NCBI GenBank assembly: GCA_965207885.1
Contig: OZ242311.1
Location: 1,760,001-1,824,000, forward strand
DNA length: 64,000 bases
Direction: 5' to 3'
Origin: Candidatus Latescibacterota bacterium
Lineage (GTDB): Bacteria; Latescibacterota; UBA2968
The notes under the pieces were generated by a model that was not told the origin of the DNA, did no database searches, and worked only from the letters and a program-made list of their open reading frames with translations. Made by a program: the position numbers and the translations under genes. This document shows positions 46,210 to 57,480 of this stretch, piece by piece (the stretch's first letter is position 1; every line of letters starts with the position of its first letter).

Positions 46210-47016
46210 ATGGAACACACATCAATACACCAGACCACTCTAAGAAACGATGCGACGTATGGACTTGGAGAAATCGCGCTTCAACATCCACCCGAAACGT
46301 CTCCTATTACCCCAGCCACTCGTATCTCAATCGAGGCAATCGGCGTACACAAACACCTGCTTCACGGCATAGGAATCGATTGGGGATGCGGCGGCGGATG
46401 TCTCACCATCGCTGCCAGTCGGATTTCTGAAGTACGCCGCGTAGTTGGATTCGACATCTCCGAAGAAGATGTGGCGACAGCCGGCGAGAACGCGCGATTG
46501 AACAGAGCCGAAGCCAAGACCAAATTCATGCGCTCTGACTCCTTCGAGCCGTTTTCCGACACGGACCGCCGCGAACTGGAAAGCCTGAAAGGAAAAGTGA
46601 ATTTTATTCTCGCCAACCCACCATCCAGCGAGAACGATGACGGATTCGGGTACAGAAGAATCGTTCTGCGCGGTGCCAGAGACTTCCTGATAAGCGGAGG
46701 TTGTGTATTCCTCAGCATCTCCTATCAGTACGGCATGCCGCGGATTACCAATTTGGAGAAAGACGTCCCGGGATTCCATCACGAAGGTGTTCTGGCGACC
46801 ACGGATTGTGTTCCATTTGATCTTGCGCGACCAGACCTGATGCACTGTTTAGAATCATACGCGCTTGAAGAAGACAGAGGTGGACTCGAATACACCTTCT
46901 GCAACCCATTACAACCATCTGAAAGCCTGGACGCTCGAGCCTCTTTGAAGCTGTTCAATCAAACGCAACACAGCCCCTTATCGAGATGGCAAACCCATCT
47001 ATTCAGATATTCCTGA
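46210..47016 (+). CDS. Class I SAM-dependent methyltransferase (HemK/MTS-like)
   Basis: IDWGCGGG, GFDIS, ILANPP. Confidence 0.75.
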   Translation: MEHTSIHQTTLRNDATYGLGEIALQHPPETSPITPATRISIEAIGVHKHLLHGIGIDWGCGGGCLTIAASRISEVRRVVGFDISEEDVATAGENARLNRAEAKTKFMRSDSFEPFSDTDRRELESLKGKVNFILANPPSSENDDGFGYRRIVLRGARDFLISGGCVFLSISYQYGMPRITNLEKDVPGFHHEGVLATTDCVPFDLARPDLMHCLESYALEEDRGGLEYTFCNPLQPSESLDARASLKLFNQTQHSPLSRWQTHLFRYS

Positions 47017-47046
47017 TTGACCTTTTGCAGAAAGGAATAAATACCA

Positions 47047-47676
47047 ATGAGCAGTAAGGACTACTTTGATCGCGTTGCCCAGGACTGGGACGAAATGCGA
47101 GAAAGTTTCTTCTCCGATGAAGTCAGGGAAGAAGCACTTTCTGCCGCTGCTGTCCAAAAAGGCAAAATTGCCGCTGATATTGGCGCGGGTACAGGCTTTA
47201 TCTCTGAAGGTTTGATACAGGCGGGCCTTCAGGTCATTGCGGTTGATCAGTCTGAAGCAATCCTGAAAGAAATGAAGAAGAAGTTTGCGGACATTGAGAC
47301 GATTGACTATCGCGTTGGACAAGCCCAAAACCTGCCCATTCCCGATGAAACCGTTGACTATGCTTTTGCCAACATGTATCTCCACCACGTTGAATCCCCG
47401 TCAGGAGCAATCGAAGAAATGGTCCGAATCCTGAAGCCCGCTGGTAAACTGGTGATCACGGATCTGGACGAACACGAATTCGACTTCTTGAGAGAAGAAC
47501 ATCACGACCGCTGGATGGGTTTCAAAAGAGCAGATATCGCAGAATGGTTTCAGAGCGCGGGACTGAGAGACATATATATTGACAGCATCGGTACGTGTTG
47601 CGAAGCGCAGTCGAGTTGTGGCAGCGAGTTTGCCAGCATCGGTATATTCATAGCTTCGGGTACGAATTCAGATTGA
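47047..47676 (+). CDS. Class I SAM-dependent methyltransferase
   Basis: YFD.VA..WD.MR, ADIGAGTGF, NMYLHHV, RILKP.GKLVITDL..H..., Cys-rich tail. Confidence 0.88.
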   Translation: MSSKDYFDRVAQDWDEMRESFFSDEVREEALSAAAVQKGKIAADIGAGTGFISEGLIQAGLQVIAVDQSEAILKEMKKKFADIETIDYRVGQAQNLPIPDETVDYAFANMYLHHVESPSGAIEEMVRILKPAGKLVITDLDEHEFDFLREEHHDRWMGFKRADIAEWFQSAGLRDIYIDSIGTCCEAQSSCGSEFASIGIFIASGTNSD

Positions 47677-47698
47677 GTTCTCCAAAGGAGATATTACG

Positions 47699-50134
47699 AT
47701 GTTTCGCAATTATATCCTCATAGCAATTCGAAATTTGCTCAAATATAAGTTTTATTCCGCTATAAACATCATTGGACTCGGAATAGGTATCGCCTCTGTA
47801 ATCTTGATCATGCTCTTTATTCAGGATCAATATAGCTATGATGTTCAACATGAGAATCGAGATCGCATTTATCGTGTGATTCGAGCATATAAGTCTGAAA
47901 ATGGGGAAAAAGTATATGATTGGAGATTGTCTGGCGCGGCAGGCCCTGCACTGGTTCAAGATCTTCCCGAAGTTGAGGCAGCCGTTCGCATTATGATACG
48001 TCGTGAATGGATTCAACACGAAGATAAGATTTTTAATCAAGCCTTTTGCCTCGCCGACCCCAATTTTCTGAATATTTTCACGTTTCCTCTCATTCGCGGA
48101 GATAAAACAGCGTTATTACAACCTCACTCGGTTTTGATAACCGAATCAGCCGCAAAAAAGTTTTTTGGCGAAGAAGACCCAATTGGAAAGGTGATCAATG
48201 TAGGAGAAGGTTACGTCGAGGGGGATTATACTATTGCTGGCATCATGCGCGACGTCTTAACGCATAGCACATTGCAATTTGATTTTCTTTCATCCTCAGT
48301 TCACCCAGAATTTACCACCTGGCATGAATGGCGACCCAGCGCCAGATGGCGTGCATTTTCCATTTATGTGCTATTGAAAAAGGACATTTCTCCAGCCTCT
48401 CTCGAATCTAAATTTCCCGCATTTATTGAACGTTATATGGGGCGGGAGATTGCCGTAAACATGGAGTACTTTTTACAGCCTTTAGAGAAAGTTTATCTTT
48501 ATTCCCAACGGGATTACGATCTCAGGCATACCTTTGCATCGGAAGGAAAAATACCCCAGGGTAACATCACACAGGTCAACACGGTATTTTTTGCAGCAAT
48601 TTTTATTTTGCTTATTGCTTGTATCAACTTCACAAATTTGGCAACTGCACGGTCTGCAAACAGAGCCAGGGAGGTTGGTCTTCGAAAAGTCGTTGGTGCC
48701 AGTCGAAAAAATTTGATATGTCAGTTCATTGGAGAATCATCCTTATTGGCAGTTATCAGTTTGGTTATTGGCATTAGCATCGTAGAACTCGCACTTCCAA
48801 TATTTAATACCTATGCGGGAATCAATCTCTTTTTGAATTTCAACAGCGGTTTAATACTGGAATTTCTGGGATTGGCTCTATTGGTAAGCCTTTTAGGGGG
48901 ATTTTATCCAGCCTTTTATTTATCGCACTTTCGACCGATAGAAACGTTGAGAGGAAGGCTTGATACAGGGTCCCGAGGCAAGGTACTGCGGCAAGGCCTC
49001 ATCATATTTCAATTTGGAATCTCAATCGTCTTGATTGTTGTGACATTTATTGTACTCGAACAGGTACACTATATTCAAAATAAGAACCTTGGTTTCGCCA
49101 AAGAGCAGGTAATCGCAATGCCGATCTTCTGGGAACATCGCAAATCACCAGATGGTATAAACGATTCCCTGAATAAAAGGTATAATGTTGTAAAACAAGC
49201 ATTCTTACAACATCCGAATATTACCAGAGCCACCATATCGCGTTTTAAGCACGGAATAGATGCACCCCTTAATTCCTTCGATGCTTATCAAGGTGAACAA
49301 AACGAGCGGTGGATGCAAATAAACGAGGTCGATGAAGACTTTATTCCGTTTTTTGACATTGAATTGATTGCTGGCCGAAATTTTTCAAAAAATGCTGTAA
49401 GTAACTTTTTTACAGGAGAACAGGAATATATCCTCAATGAGGCAGCTATTAAGACACTGGGATGGACAGAGCCGATAGGTAAAAGATTCGGATTTAAAGG
49501 ACAGGATTCAGGCGTCGTTGTAGGTGTCGTAAAAAACTATCACACGCAATCTTTGTATGAATCTATTGAACCTATGGTATTATGTCCCAGTGATTATGTT
49601 GCTAAAACACTCTACCTGAGAGTCTCACCTGAACACTTCGACGAAACAGTAGCGTTTATGAAGCAGACCTGGGAACAATTTCTACCTTCTCGCCCCTTCA
49701 GCTATACTTTCCTGGATGATGATTTAATGCTGCAATATGAAAATGAACGTCAATTGAGCAAAGCTATTGGGGTGTTCTCCATGCTGTCCATCTTTATAGC
49801 TTGTCTGGGGCTTTTGGGCCTTGTTTCATTTATGACCGAACAGAGAAGAAAGGAAGTAGGGATCCGGAAGGTACTGGGTGCGTCAGAAACCAATATCATC
49901 ACGTTAATGCTTACAGAGTCTTTTAAGCTTTTTTTAATTGCCTACCTGTTGGCAGGACCCATCTCCTATATAGCTATCATGAGCTGGCTACAGGGATTCG
50001 CATATCGCATTGACATGACAGTATTTCCTTTCTTAGTAGGCGGAATATGTGCCTTTACGATATCTATATTTTCTGTGATACCCCAGGTATTGAAAGCGGC
50101 TCATATTAATCCTGTGGAGGCATTAAAACATTAA
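47699..50134 (+). CDS. MacB/FtsX-type ABC permease (array member 2, AT-rich)
   Basis: MFRNYILIAIRNL, INFTNLATARS..RAREVG, KEVGIRKVLGAS, NPVEALKH. Confidence 0.92.
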   Translation: MFRNYILIAIRNLLKYKFYSAINIIGLGIGIASVILIMLFIQDQYSYDVQHENRDRIYRVIRAYKSENGEKVYDWRLSGAAGPALVQDLPEVEAAVRIMIRREWIQHEDKIFNQAFCLADPNFLNIFTFPLIRGDKTALLQPHSVLITESAAKKFFGEEDPIGKVINVGEGYVEGDYTIAGIMRDVLTHSTLQFDFLSSSVHPEFTTWHEWRPSARWRAFSIYVLLKKDISPASLESKFPAFIERYMGREIAVNMEYFLQPLEKVYLYSQRDYDLRHTFASEGKIPQGNITQVNTVFFAAIFILLIACINFTNLATARSANRAREVGLRKVVGASRKNLICQFIGESSLLAVISLVIGISIVELALPIFNTYAGINLFLNFNSGLILEFLGLALLVSLLGGFYPAFYLSHFRPIETLRGRLDTGSRGKVLRQGLIIFQFGISIVLIVVTFIVLEQVHYIQNKNLGFAKEQVIAMPIFWEHRKSPDGINDSLNKRYNVVKQAFLQHPNITRATISRFKHGIDAPLNSFDAYQGEQNERWMQINEVDEDFIPFFDIELIAGRNFSKNAVSNFFTGEQEYILNEAAIKTLGWTEPIGKRFGFKGQDSGVVVGVVKNYHTQSLYESIEPMVLCPSDYVAKTLYLRVSPEHFDETVAFMKQTWEQFLPSRPFSYTFLDDDLMLQYENERQLSKAIGVFSMLSIFIACLGLLGLVSFMTEQRRKEVGIRKVLGASETNIITLMLTESFKLFLIAYLLAGPISYIAIMSWLQGFAYRIDMTVFPFLVGGICAFTISIFSVIPQVLKAAHINPVEALKH

Positions 50135-50163
50135 ATAACCAGCGATTCAGGATGGAGGTCAAA

Positions 50164-52590
50164 ATGGTTTTGAGCTATCTCCGCACATCTTTCCGCAATC
50201 TTTTTCGACATCGTCTTTACACGCTCGTCAACATCTTTGGCCTTGCCGTGGGGATGGCGGCTTGTATCCTCGTCGGTCTGTTTTTGCAGCACGAGTTCAG
50301 CTATGATGCCTATCATCGGGACATAGACCGCATTCATCGCGTAATGCGACTTGTACACCCATCAGGTGGCGGCCTTCCATACTATCCATTCGGCACTCAA
50401 TATCGGGCTGGCTCCGCACTTGTCGATGAATTGCCCGAAATTGAAGATATGACCCACTTCATCACGCGGCCCATGTGGGCTGGTCTTGAAGATCGCGGCT
50501 TCGACGTGCGCGGTACTGTGGCCGATCCCAATTTCCTGCGCTTTTTCACCTATCCCTTGATTGACGGCAGTCAGCCACCCGAATTAACACCTGGATCCGT
50601 CTATATCACAGAAAGTTTTGCACAAAAGCTCTTTGGCACCACTGCAGTTATCGGACGAACGCTCAAGATTTACTACAAATGGGTAGAAGGCGACTTTTAC
50701 ATCGGCGGTATTCTCCGAGACCAGCCAGCCGCCACATCGGGTGAGTTTGTGTTTGACCTGTTAATCACTTATGAAGGAACCACCGGACTCACAAATCCAC
50801 CATGGGGAAGGCAATGGTCTCCCACAACAAAATTCCTCGTTCTGAAAACCTTTGTTCGGCTCGCGCCTGATGTTTCCATGTCATCTCTTCGTCCCAAGCT
50901 GGATGATTTTGCACGCCGTCATCTGGGCAACGGCGCAGACCCGCGTGACACCTACGACCTTATGCCCTTGCGGCGTCAGCATTTATATGCCCGACGCGAT
51001 TTCCAATTGCAGATGGATGTGTTGGACCAGCAGGACGGTCTTGTGCAGGGGGACATCAACCGCTGCTATACTTTTGGCCTTGTAGGAGCAATCATTTTGG
51101 CGCTGGCATGTGTCAATTTCGTAAACCTATCCACAGCGCGGGGAGCGAACCGCGCCCTGGAAGTTGGTGTACGCAAGGCCGTGGGATCCACACGCGCCCA
51201 GCTTGTCGTCCAGTTTCTCGGAGAGACAATTCTCCTCGCCGGGATATCGGCTATTTTAGCACTCGCTATTGTCGAACTTGCCCTTCCTACAGTCAACAGC
51301 CTGCTAATGTCTTCTTTACAGCTAAACGTCTGGTCCGTCGTCGGTGCTGCATTGCTCGCGCTCTTTGTCGGTCTAACTGCCGGTATCTATCCAGCGGTAT
51401 TCCTATCATCTTTTGCCGCTGTTCAAGTTCTAAAGGGATCAGGACAGAAGATCGGCGGACGCTCCCAACTTCGGCGAAGTCTGGTCACTTTCCAATTTGC
51501 CATTTCGGTAGCCCTCGTCATTGGTACCCTCATTGCCTGGCAGCAAACAAACTATATTCACACACGCGACCTCGGATTTGCAAAAGAGGGCTTGATTACC
51601 ATGCCCCTGCTCAAAGAAGACCGACGCTTGCGCGAGCACTTTGAAAGCATTCGAGACCGTTTTGAGACAAGTCCCGACGTTTTGGGCTCGACTGTTTCTC
51701 AGGCTCCGCCCGGTTATGAAAATAATACTGATCGCTCGCTAATCAGACGACTGGACCATGCAGATTCCGTGAATGTCCACTTCTTGTCGGTGGATCACAA
51801 ATTTACCGAGGTCTATAACATCCCTATCCTCGAAGGCAGGCCATTGGCCCTAACTGATAAGAACCAATTCAAATTGCTCCTGAACGAAACAGCCGCTCAG
51901 GCACTGGGTGGCGCAAAACCGGGTACAGTCCTGAGCTTTGGGAGTTTTGGGAGTAAAGATTTCACTTTCACTGTCGTCGGTATTTTCAAAGACTTTCACA
52001 ACAGCAGTCTGCACAATCCCGTGCGCCCCCTGATGCTTATATATCGACCATGGTACGATTATGTCACCGTCAAAGTGCGTATGGACAACCTTCCCAAAAC
52101 ACTGGATTTTCTCGCATCAGTCTGGAAGGATTTTGTACCGGCTCATGCCTTCAAATTCCTCTTTGTCGATGATTTTTTAAACAACTTCTACCGCGGTGAG
52201 ATGCGTACCCAGAAGGCCTTCACCTATCTTTCGGGCTTGGCCATCTTTGTCGCCTGTCTGGGGCTTTTGGGCCTGATTGCCTATACCACAGAAGTTCGCA
52301 CCAAAGAAATCGGTGTTCGCAAAGTCCTTGGGGCATCATCTGGCGATATTCTGAGTCTTCTATTGAAGGAATTTGCAGTACTCATCATCATTGCAAGTTT
52401 GCTGGCATGGCCTGCCGCATATCTCTTCACCCGGTCCTATCTCGACCGCTTTGCCTACCGAATCGACCTGGATCCAGGCGTATTTCTCGCCGGAAGCCTG
52501 CTGGTACTTGTGATCGCATTTTGCACCATCAGCTTTCAGGCCATCCGCGCTGCACGCGCCAATCCGGTTGACGCGCTGCGTTATGAGTGA
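50164..52590 (+). CDS. MacB/FtsX-type ABC permease (array member 3)
   Basis: SYL....RNL, VNFVNLSTAR, KEIGVRKVLGAS, NPVDALRYE; GGAGG RBS. Confidence 0.92.
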   Translation: MVLSYLRTSFRNLFRHRLYTLVNIFGLAVGMAACILVGLFLQHEFSYDAYHRDIDRIHRVMRLVHPSGGGLPYYPFGTQYRAGSALVDELPEIEDMTHFITRPMWAGLEDRGFDVRGTVADPNFLRFFTYPLIDGSQPPELTPGSVYITESFAQKLFGTTAVIGRTLKIYYKWVEGDFYIGGILRDQPAATSGEFVFDLLITYEGTTGLTNPPWGRQWSPTTKFLVLKTFVRLAPDVSMSSLRPKLDDFARRHLGNGADPRDTYDLMPLRRQHLYARRDFQLQMDVLDQQDGLVQGDINRCYTFGLVGAIILALACVNFVNLSTARGANRALEVGVRKAVGSTRAQLVVQFLGETILLAGISAILALAIVELALPTVNSLLMSSLQLNVWSVVGAALLALFVGLTAGIYPAVFLSSFAAVQVLKGSGQKIGGRSQLRRSLVTFQFAISVALVIGTLIAWQQTNYIHTRDLGFAKEGLITMPLLKEDRRLREHFESIRDRFETSPDVLGSTVSQAPPGYENNTDRSLIRRLDHADSVNVHFLSVDHKFTEVYNIPILEGRPLALTDKNQFKLLLNETAAQALGGAKPGTVLSFGSFGSKDFTFTVVGIFKDFHNSSLHNPVRPLMLIYRPWYDYVTVKVRMDNLPKTLDFLASVWKDFVPAHAFKFLFVDDFLNNFYRGEMRTQKAFTYLSGLAIFVACLGLLGLIAYTTEVRTKEIGVRKVLGASSGDILSLLLKEFAVLIIIASLLAWPAAYLFTRSYLDRFAYRIDLDPGVFLAGSLLVLVIAFCTISFQAIRAARANPVDALRYE

Positions 52591-52604
52591 TCGGAGATCG
52601 CTTC

Positions 52605-55082
52605 ATGCTGAAGAACTATATCGCAGTCTTGGTTCGGTATATGCTGAAAAACAAGCAATATGTTGTATTGAATATCGCGGGACTTGCCATAGGAATGACC
52701 ACTGTGATGCTTATCGCGCTCTTTGTCCAGCATGAGTTTAGTTATGACCGCTCTCACAAAGATTCTCATCTGCTCTACCGGGTCTTACGAGAGACGCGAT
52801 CCGAACAGGGTCAATCCACATACTCAGAGCGACTGTCTGGCGCACTCGGCCTGGTTATTCGGGAAGAAATGCCGGAAGTAAATCAAGTAGTCCGTCTGCA
52901 TCGCCGTGACGCCTGGATAAAATATCAAGACAGGGTGTTTGAGCAGATCTTATGTCTGGCCGATGAAGGGCTTCTGGAGACATTTCACTTTCCCATCCAT
53001 ACCGGAGGGCCAGCCCAGCGAGTGCTCAAGGAACCGGGATCAATCCTGGTAACGCAATCCGCAGCTCAAAGATTCTTTGGAAGCGAGAACCCCATCGGTC
53101 AGGTCCTTTCAGTAGAAAACTACTTATTCGGAGGGGAATACCGTGTGGCAGGTGTTCTGAAGGATATCCCGAATACATCTACGATCTTTTTTGATTTTCT
53201 CGTCTCTCCGGAGAGTCTGAGGAATGAATTCAGATACTGGGACACATGGCTTCCACGGGGAGCCGCTCGCGTTGAGATCTATTTGCGCCTTTCCGAAACC
53301 GCCTCTTTGAAGAGCCTTGAAGCAAAGCTGAATGACGCAATGCTGAGACATATGGGCGAGGAGATTGCGAGGACCAATGCCTATCATCTTCAGCGTGTGA
53401 CCGACATTTATCTGCTTTCGGGAGACCGATTCGGCATTCTCAAACAGACATTCAGCTATATCATCAAGCGGCCGTATGGGAGCCTGGGAACCGTGGAGCA
53501 AGCCTCGCTCATCGGAGTCCTTATTCTCGTCATTGCCGCAATGAATTTCGTGAATCTGTCCACAGCCCTGTCGATCAGCCGAAACAGAGAGGTCGCACTG
53601 CGAAAGGTTGTAGGAGCAACCCGGGGCCAACTGATCAGGCAATTCTTAGGGGAGTCCCTGCTGCTGTCCCTGCTTGCGCTACTGGTCGCCTTTGTTCTAA
53701 CTGTGCTCACGCTACCTATATTCCGATCCTTTATCGACCGACCTCTGTTCATCAGTTCAGGAGACTTCCCCTCGATTGCAGTTTCGTCACTCGGACTGGC
53801 TTTGATTGTCGGCCTTACGGCGGGACTCTATCCGGCCATTTTCCTTTCTGGTTTCCAACCGGCGAGTACCCTCAAGGGCGTCCCTCAGCTTGGATCGAGC
53901 AAAAGAGGCCGACTTCGAAAAGTGCTGGTCATTCTTCAGTTCTCAATATCCAGCATTCTGATTGTGGGCACCCTGGTGATATCCAGCCAGCTATCTTTTA
54001 TCCGCACTCAATTTGGGTTTAATAGAGACCATATTGTCCTGCTGCCAATTTTCCAGGTAGCCGGTAGCGTCGAAGAGCTTGGACCACTCGGGACCCAGTT
54101 AAAGAAACGGTTTCAGACGATAAAGCAGGGCTTCCTCGAGCACCCCAATGTTCTGAAGGCTTCAACGTCGCGATTTTATCTACAGGACTGGTCAGCACAC
54201 TATAAATTCAGAACGCCAGAGATGGCTGAATTTTTGGAGATGCGGACATTTCCAGTGGATGAGGATTTTTTCGATCTGTATGAAATTCCGTTCGTGGATG
54301 GGAAGACGTTTCCAAGGGAGTACACGGCCATCGCACATCGAGAACGAATCAGGACGGGACAAGAGGAGTACTTCATTCTCAACGAAGCCGCCGTAAAGCG
54401 TCTGGGATTGGCCCATCCCGTCGGACAGTCATTTGAATGGGCAGGACGAACGAGAGGAACGATCATCGGCGTTGTGAAAAATTTTCATTTACGCACGCTT
54501 CATGAAGAAATCGAGCCAGCCGTGTTCACAACAGAACACTGGAATATGAAAATCCTGCATCTGAAGATCGCATCAGAAGGTGTGCCCGAAACCCTGGAGT
54601 TCCTCAAAAAAACCTGGCATCGTTTTCTCCCTCAGCGTCCGTTCGACTATGAATTCCTCGATGCGCGTTTGGATTTTTACTATAGAGAAGAAATACGACT
54701 GGGCCAGATCTTCGGTACATTTTCTTTAATCGCCATCTTCGTTGCTTGTTTGGGACTCGTCGGTCTCTCATCCTTCATGATTCAACTTCGAACCCGAGAG
54801 ATCGGCGTACGAAAGGTCCTGGGCGCCTCTGTATCAAACATCGCACTATTGCTCTTCAGCGAGTTTTCGAAGTTGGTCATCGCTTCAAATCTCATTGCTT
54901 TGCCGATCGCATTCTATCTCCTGGGCCGCTGGCTCGAGAGCTTTCCTTACCGGATTCAATTGGGCATAGAGCCATTTCTTTTAAGCGGAATTATTACGAT
55001 CGCCGCTTCTCTCACAACAATCAGTTTCCATGCTTTCAGAGCGGCGACAACCAATCCAATAAACGCATTGCGGACAGAATAG
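52605..55082 (+). CDS. MacB/FtsX-type ABC permease (array member 4)
   Basis: MLKNY, MNFVNLST, REIGVRKVLGAS, NPINALRTE. Confidence 0.92.
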   Translation: MLKNYIAVLVRYMLKNKQYVVLNIAGLAIGMTTVMLIALFVQHEFSYDRSHKDSHLLYRVLRETRSEQGQSTYSERLSGALGLVIREEMPEVNQVVRLHRRDAWIKYQDRVFEQILCLADEGLLETFHFPIHTGGPAQRVLKEPGSILVTQSAAQRFFGSENPIGQVLSVENYLFGGEYRVAGVLKDIPNTSTIFFDFLVSPESLRNEFRYWDTWLPRGAARVEIYLRLSETASLKSLEAKLNDAMLRHMGEEIARTNAYHLQRVTDIYLLSGDRFGILKQTFSYIIKRPYGSLGTVEQASLIGVLILVIAAMNFVNLSTALSISRNREVALRKVVGATRGQLIRQFLGESLLLSLLALLVAFVLTVLTLPIFRSFIDRPLFISSGDFPSIAVSSLGLALIVGLTAGLYPAIFLSGFQPASTLKGVPQLGSSKRGRLRKVLVILQFSISSILIVGTLVISSQLSFIRTQFGFNRDHIVLLPIFQVAGSVEELGPLGTQLKKRFQTIKQGFLEHPNVLKASTSRFYLQDWSAHYKFRTPEMAEFLEMRTFPVDEDFFDLYEIPFVDGKTFPREYTAIAHRERIRTGQEEYFILNEAAVKRLGLAHPVGQSFEWAGRTRGTIIGVVKNFHLRTLHEEIEPAVFTTEHWNMKILHLKIASEGVPETLEFLKKTWHRFLPQRPFDYEFLDARLDFYYREEIRLGQIFGTFSLIAIFVACLGLVGLSSFMIQLRTREIGVRKVLGASVSNIALLLFSEFSKLVIASNLIALPIAFYLLGRWLESFPYRIQLGIEPFLLSGIITIAASLTTISFHAFRAATTNPINALRTE

Positions 55083-55096
55083 ATCAGGAGGATGTG

Positions 55097-57457
55097 ATGT
55101 TCAAGAATTACTTCACAACTGCGTTACGTAATTTCTCGCGACAGAAGACGTATTCGCTTATCAACCTGGCGGGGCTTTCTGTTGGGCTGGCCTGTAGTTT
55201 TTTGATCTTTATGTGGATAAAGCATGAGATTACGTATGATCGGTTTCATGAACAGGGCACGCAGCTTTATCGGGTGATGCGTAATTTTCCTACAAATGAC
55301 AAAATCTATACCTGGTCTGCTATTCCCATGCCACTGGCCAACGTTTTAGTAGAAGAATACCCAGAGATTACCCACGCTATTTTAATAACCCGGCAAAAAC
55401 TTCTCCTATCTAAAGACAATCAATTATTTCGAGAAACTGGTATATATGCCAGTTCTTCTTTTTTTCATGTTTTTACATTCCCACTTTTGCAAGGTGATGC
55501 TCGAGCGATATTGGCAGAACCCAATGCCATTGCGATTTCAGAAAAATTGGCTGGTAAATATTTTGGACCAGATTGGGCGAGTCAATCAATTCTCGGACAA
55601 AGTTTAACTGTTGATCATCGCAAAGAATTTACCATTAAAGCAGTATTTAGAGATGTACCGGGCAATTCCTCTCTGCGCTTTGAATTCGTGCTTCCAATGG
55701 AAGATTATGTCGCCGAAAACAAGTGGCTCGAGCATTGGGGCAATAGCAGTTTGCGACTTTATGTGAAACTGCGAGAGGATACTGTCCTGGAAGATGTAAA
55801 CGCAAAGATCGAGAACGTACTCTTAGACCATTACAAAGGGACAACTGCCACGATTTTTTTGCAGCCCTTGTTGAATATGCACCTGTATTCTAAGTTTGAA
55901 AATGGCAAGTCAGTTGGGGGACGTATTGAGTATGTGCATATGTTTACATTTGTTGCACTGTTTATTTTATGCATTGCCTGTATTAATTTTATGAATTTGG
56001 CTACGGCGCGATCTACTCAGCGCGCACGAGAGATTGGCGTTCGCAAAACCATAGGAGCCAGTAAGCGGGAACTCATAGGTCAATTTATGGGCGAGTCGAT
56101 GTTGATAACGGTTTTTGCCTCAATTTTGGCTTTAGGTTTGGTTGAAATTTTCTTGCCCGCATTTAATAGTCTGACAGACCAAGAACTTGTACTTGATTGG
56201 TTAGATATACACATTTTGCCGGTTTTTTTGGGTATTACATTAGTAACAGGTCTAATCTCAGGGAGCTATCCGGCGTTTTATTTGTCGGGTTTTAACCCAA
56301 TCGGCATATTGCGAGGTTCGTCAAAATCGGGATCGGGTGCTACTTTTTTTCGGCGAAGCCTTGTAATTTTTCAGTTTGTATTGGCGATTTTGATGATTAT
56401 TGGCACACTGACGATTTATGAGCAGATACATTATATCCTCAGCAAAAATCTGGGACTGGACCGTAAGAATGTGGTGTCTATTGCTTTGGAAGGACCAATA
56501 AAGCAACAATTAGAAACAGTTAAGCAAGAACTTCTGCGCCAGCCCGGCATTCAAAGCGTGGCAGCATCCAGCCAAAATCCACTATCCGTTAGCCATTCCA
56601 CAAGCGATCCCAAATGGAATGGAAAAGACCCAGAGTCCCAAATTGTATTTCACATTATCAACGCCGATTTTGATTTTTTTGAAACTATGAAAATGAAAGT
56701 GGTACAAGGCAGAGCATTTTCTGAGGCGGTTGCAACCGATTCCTCAAATTATGTTGTAAACGAACAAATGGCACATGTGATGGGAATAGACAATCCGATT
56801 GGCGAAACGCTGAAATTTTGGGGTGATGAAGGTGAGATAATTGGCGTGGTTGAAGATTTCCATTTTCGTTCGATACATACGTCTATTGAGCCGCTGATTA
56901 TTCGCATTGATCCAGCCTCTTGCAACAAGCTTTATATACGCACCAGCGCAGGGCAAACAGCCGAGGCATTGGCAAATTTGGAAAAGGTTTTCAAAAAATT
57001 CAACCCCAACTATCCACTTGAATATCGATTTATGGATGGGGACTTTGAGCGAATGTATAGCAGAGAAAAAATGCTGGGACAATTGACCACCACTTTTGCT
57101 GCCTTGGCAATTTTTATTTCTTGTTTGGGATTGTTTGGTTTGGCGTCTTTTACAGCGGAACAGCGCACCAAAGAGATTGGAATTAGAAAGATATTGGGTG
57201 CTTCCGTTACCAATTTGATCTTACTGCTGTCCAGAGAGTTTATCAAGTTGGTGGTGATTGCGTTTGTATTGGCCATACCTTTAGCCTATTACTTTATGAC
57301 AATGTGGCTAAACGCGTTTGCCTATCGCATCAATATAGGGTTAGAAGTCTTTGTTTTTGCAGGTGGGGCATCATTTATTATTGCCTGGTTGACTGTGAGC
57401 TATCAAGCGCTCAAAGTGGCCTCTGCCAATCCTGTCGATGCCCTACGCAATGAATGA
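55097..57457 (+). CDS. MacB/FtsX-type ABC permease (array member 5)
   Basis: AGGAGG RBS then MFKNYF..ALRN, INFMNLATARS, KEIGIRKILGAS, NPVDALRNE. Confidence 0.92.
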   Translation: MFKNYFTTALRNFSRQKTYSLINLAGLSVGLACSFLIFMWIKHEITYDRFHEQGTQLYRVMRNFPTNDKIYTWSAIPMPLANVLVEEYPEITHAILITRQKLLLSKDNQLFRETGIYASSSFFHVFTFPLLQGDARAILAEPNAIAISEKLAGKYFGPDWASQSILGQSLTVDHRKEFTIKAVFRDVPGNSSLRFEFVLPMEDYVAENKWLEHWGNSSLRLYVKLREDTVLEDVNAKIENVLLDHYKGTTATIFLQPLLNMHLYSKFENGKSVGGRIEYVHMFTFVALFILCIACINFMNLATARSTQRAREIGVRKTIGASKRELIGQFMGESMLITVFASILALGLVEIFLPAFNSLTDQELVLDWLDIHILPVFLGITLVTGLISGSYPAFYLSGFNPIGILRGSSKSGSGATFFRRSLVIFQFVLAILMIIGTLTIYEQIHYILSKNLGLDRKNVVSIALEGPIKQQLETVKQELLRQPGIQSVAASSQNPLSVSHSTSDPKWNGKDPESQIVFHIINADFDFFETMKMKVVQGRAFSEAVATDSSNYVVNEQMAHVMGIDNPIGETLKFWGDEGEIIGVVEDFHFRSIHTSIEPLIIRIDPASCNKLYIRTSAGQTAEALANLEKVFKKFNPNYPLEYRFMDGDFERMYSREKMLGQLTTTFAALAIFISCLGLFGLASFTAEQRTKEIGIRKILGASVTNLILLLSREFIKLVVIAFVLAIPLAYYFMTMWLNAFAYRINIGLEVFVFAGGASFIIAWLTVSYQALKVASANPVDALRNE

Positions 57458-57480
57458 AGGCTGAAAGGGCTATTTACCAC

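Noticed and set aside
54746-55096. N-terminal extension of the 903-aa ORF
   Set aside because: It overlaps the previous permease; the real start is the ATG at 55097 after AGGAGG, matching paralogue N-termini.
40343-55220. Perfect DnaA boxes (40343-40351, 44278-44286, about 55212-55220) as an origin
   Set aside because: They are isolated and kilobases apart, one is inside a CDS, and there is no cluster or unwinding element.
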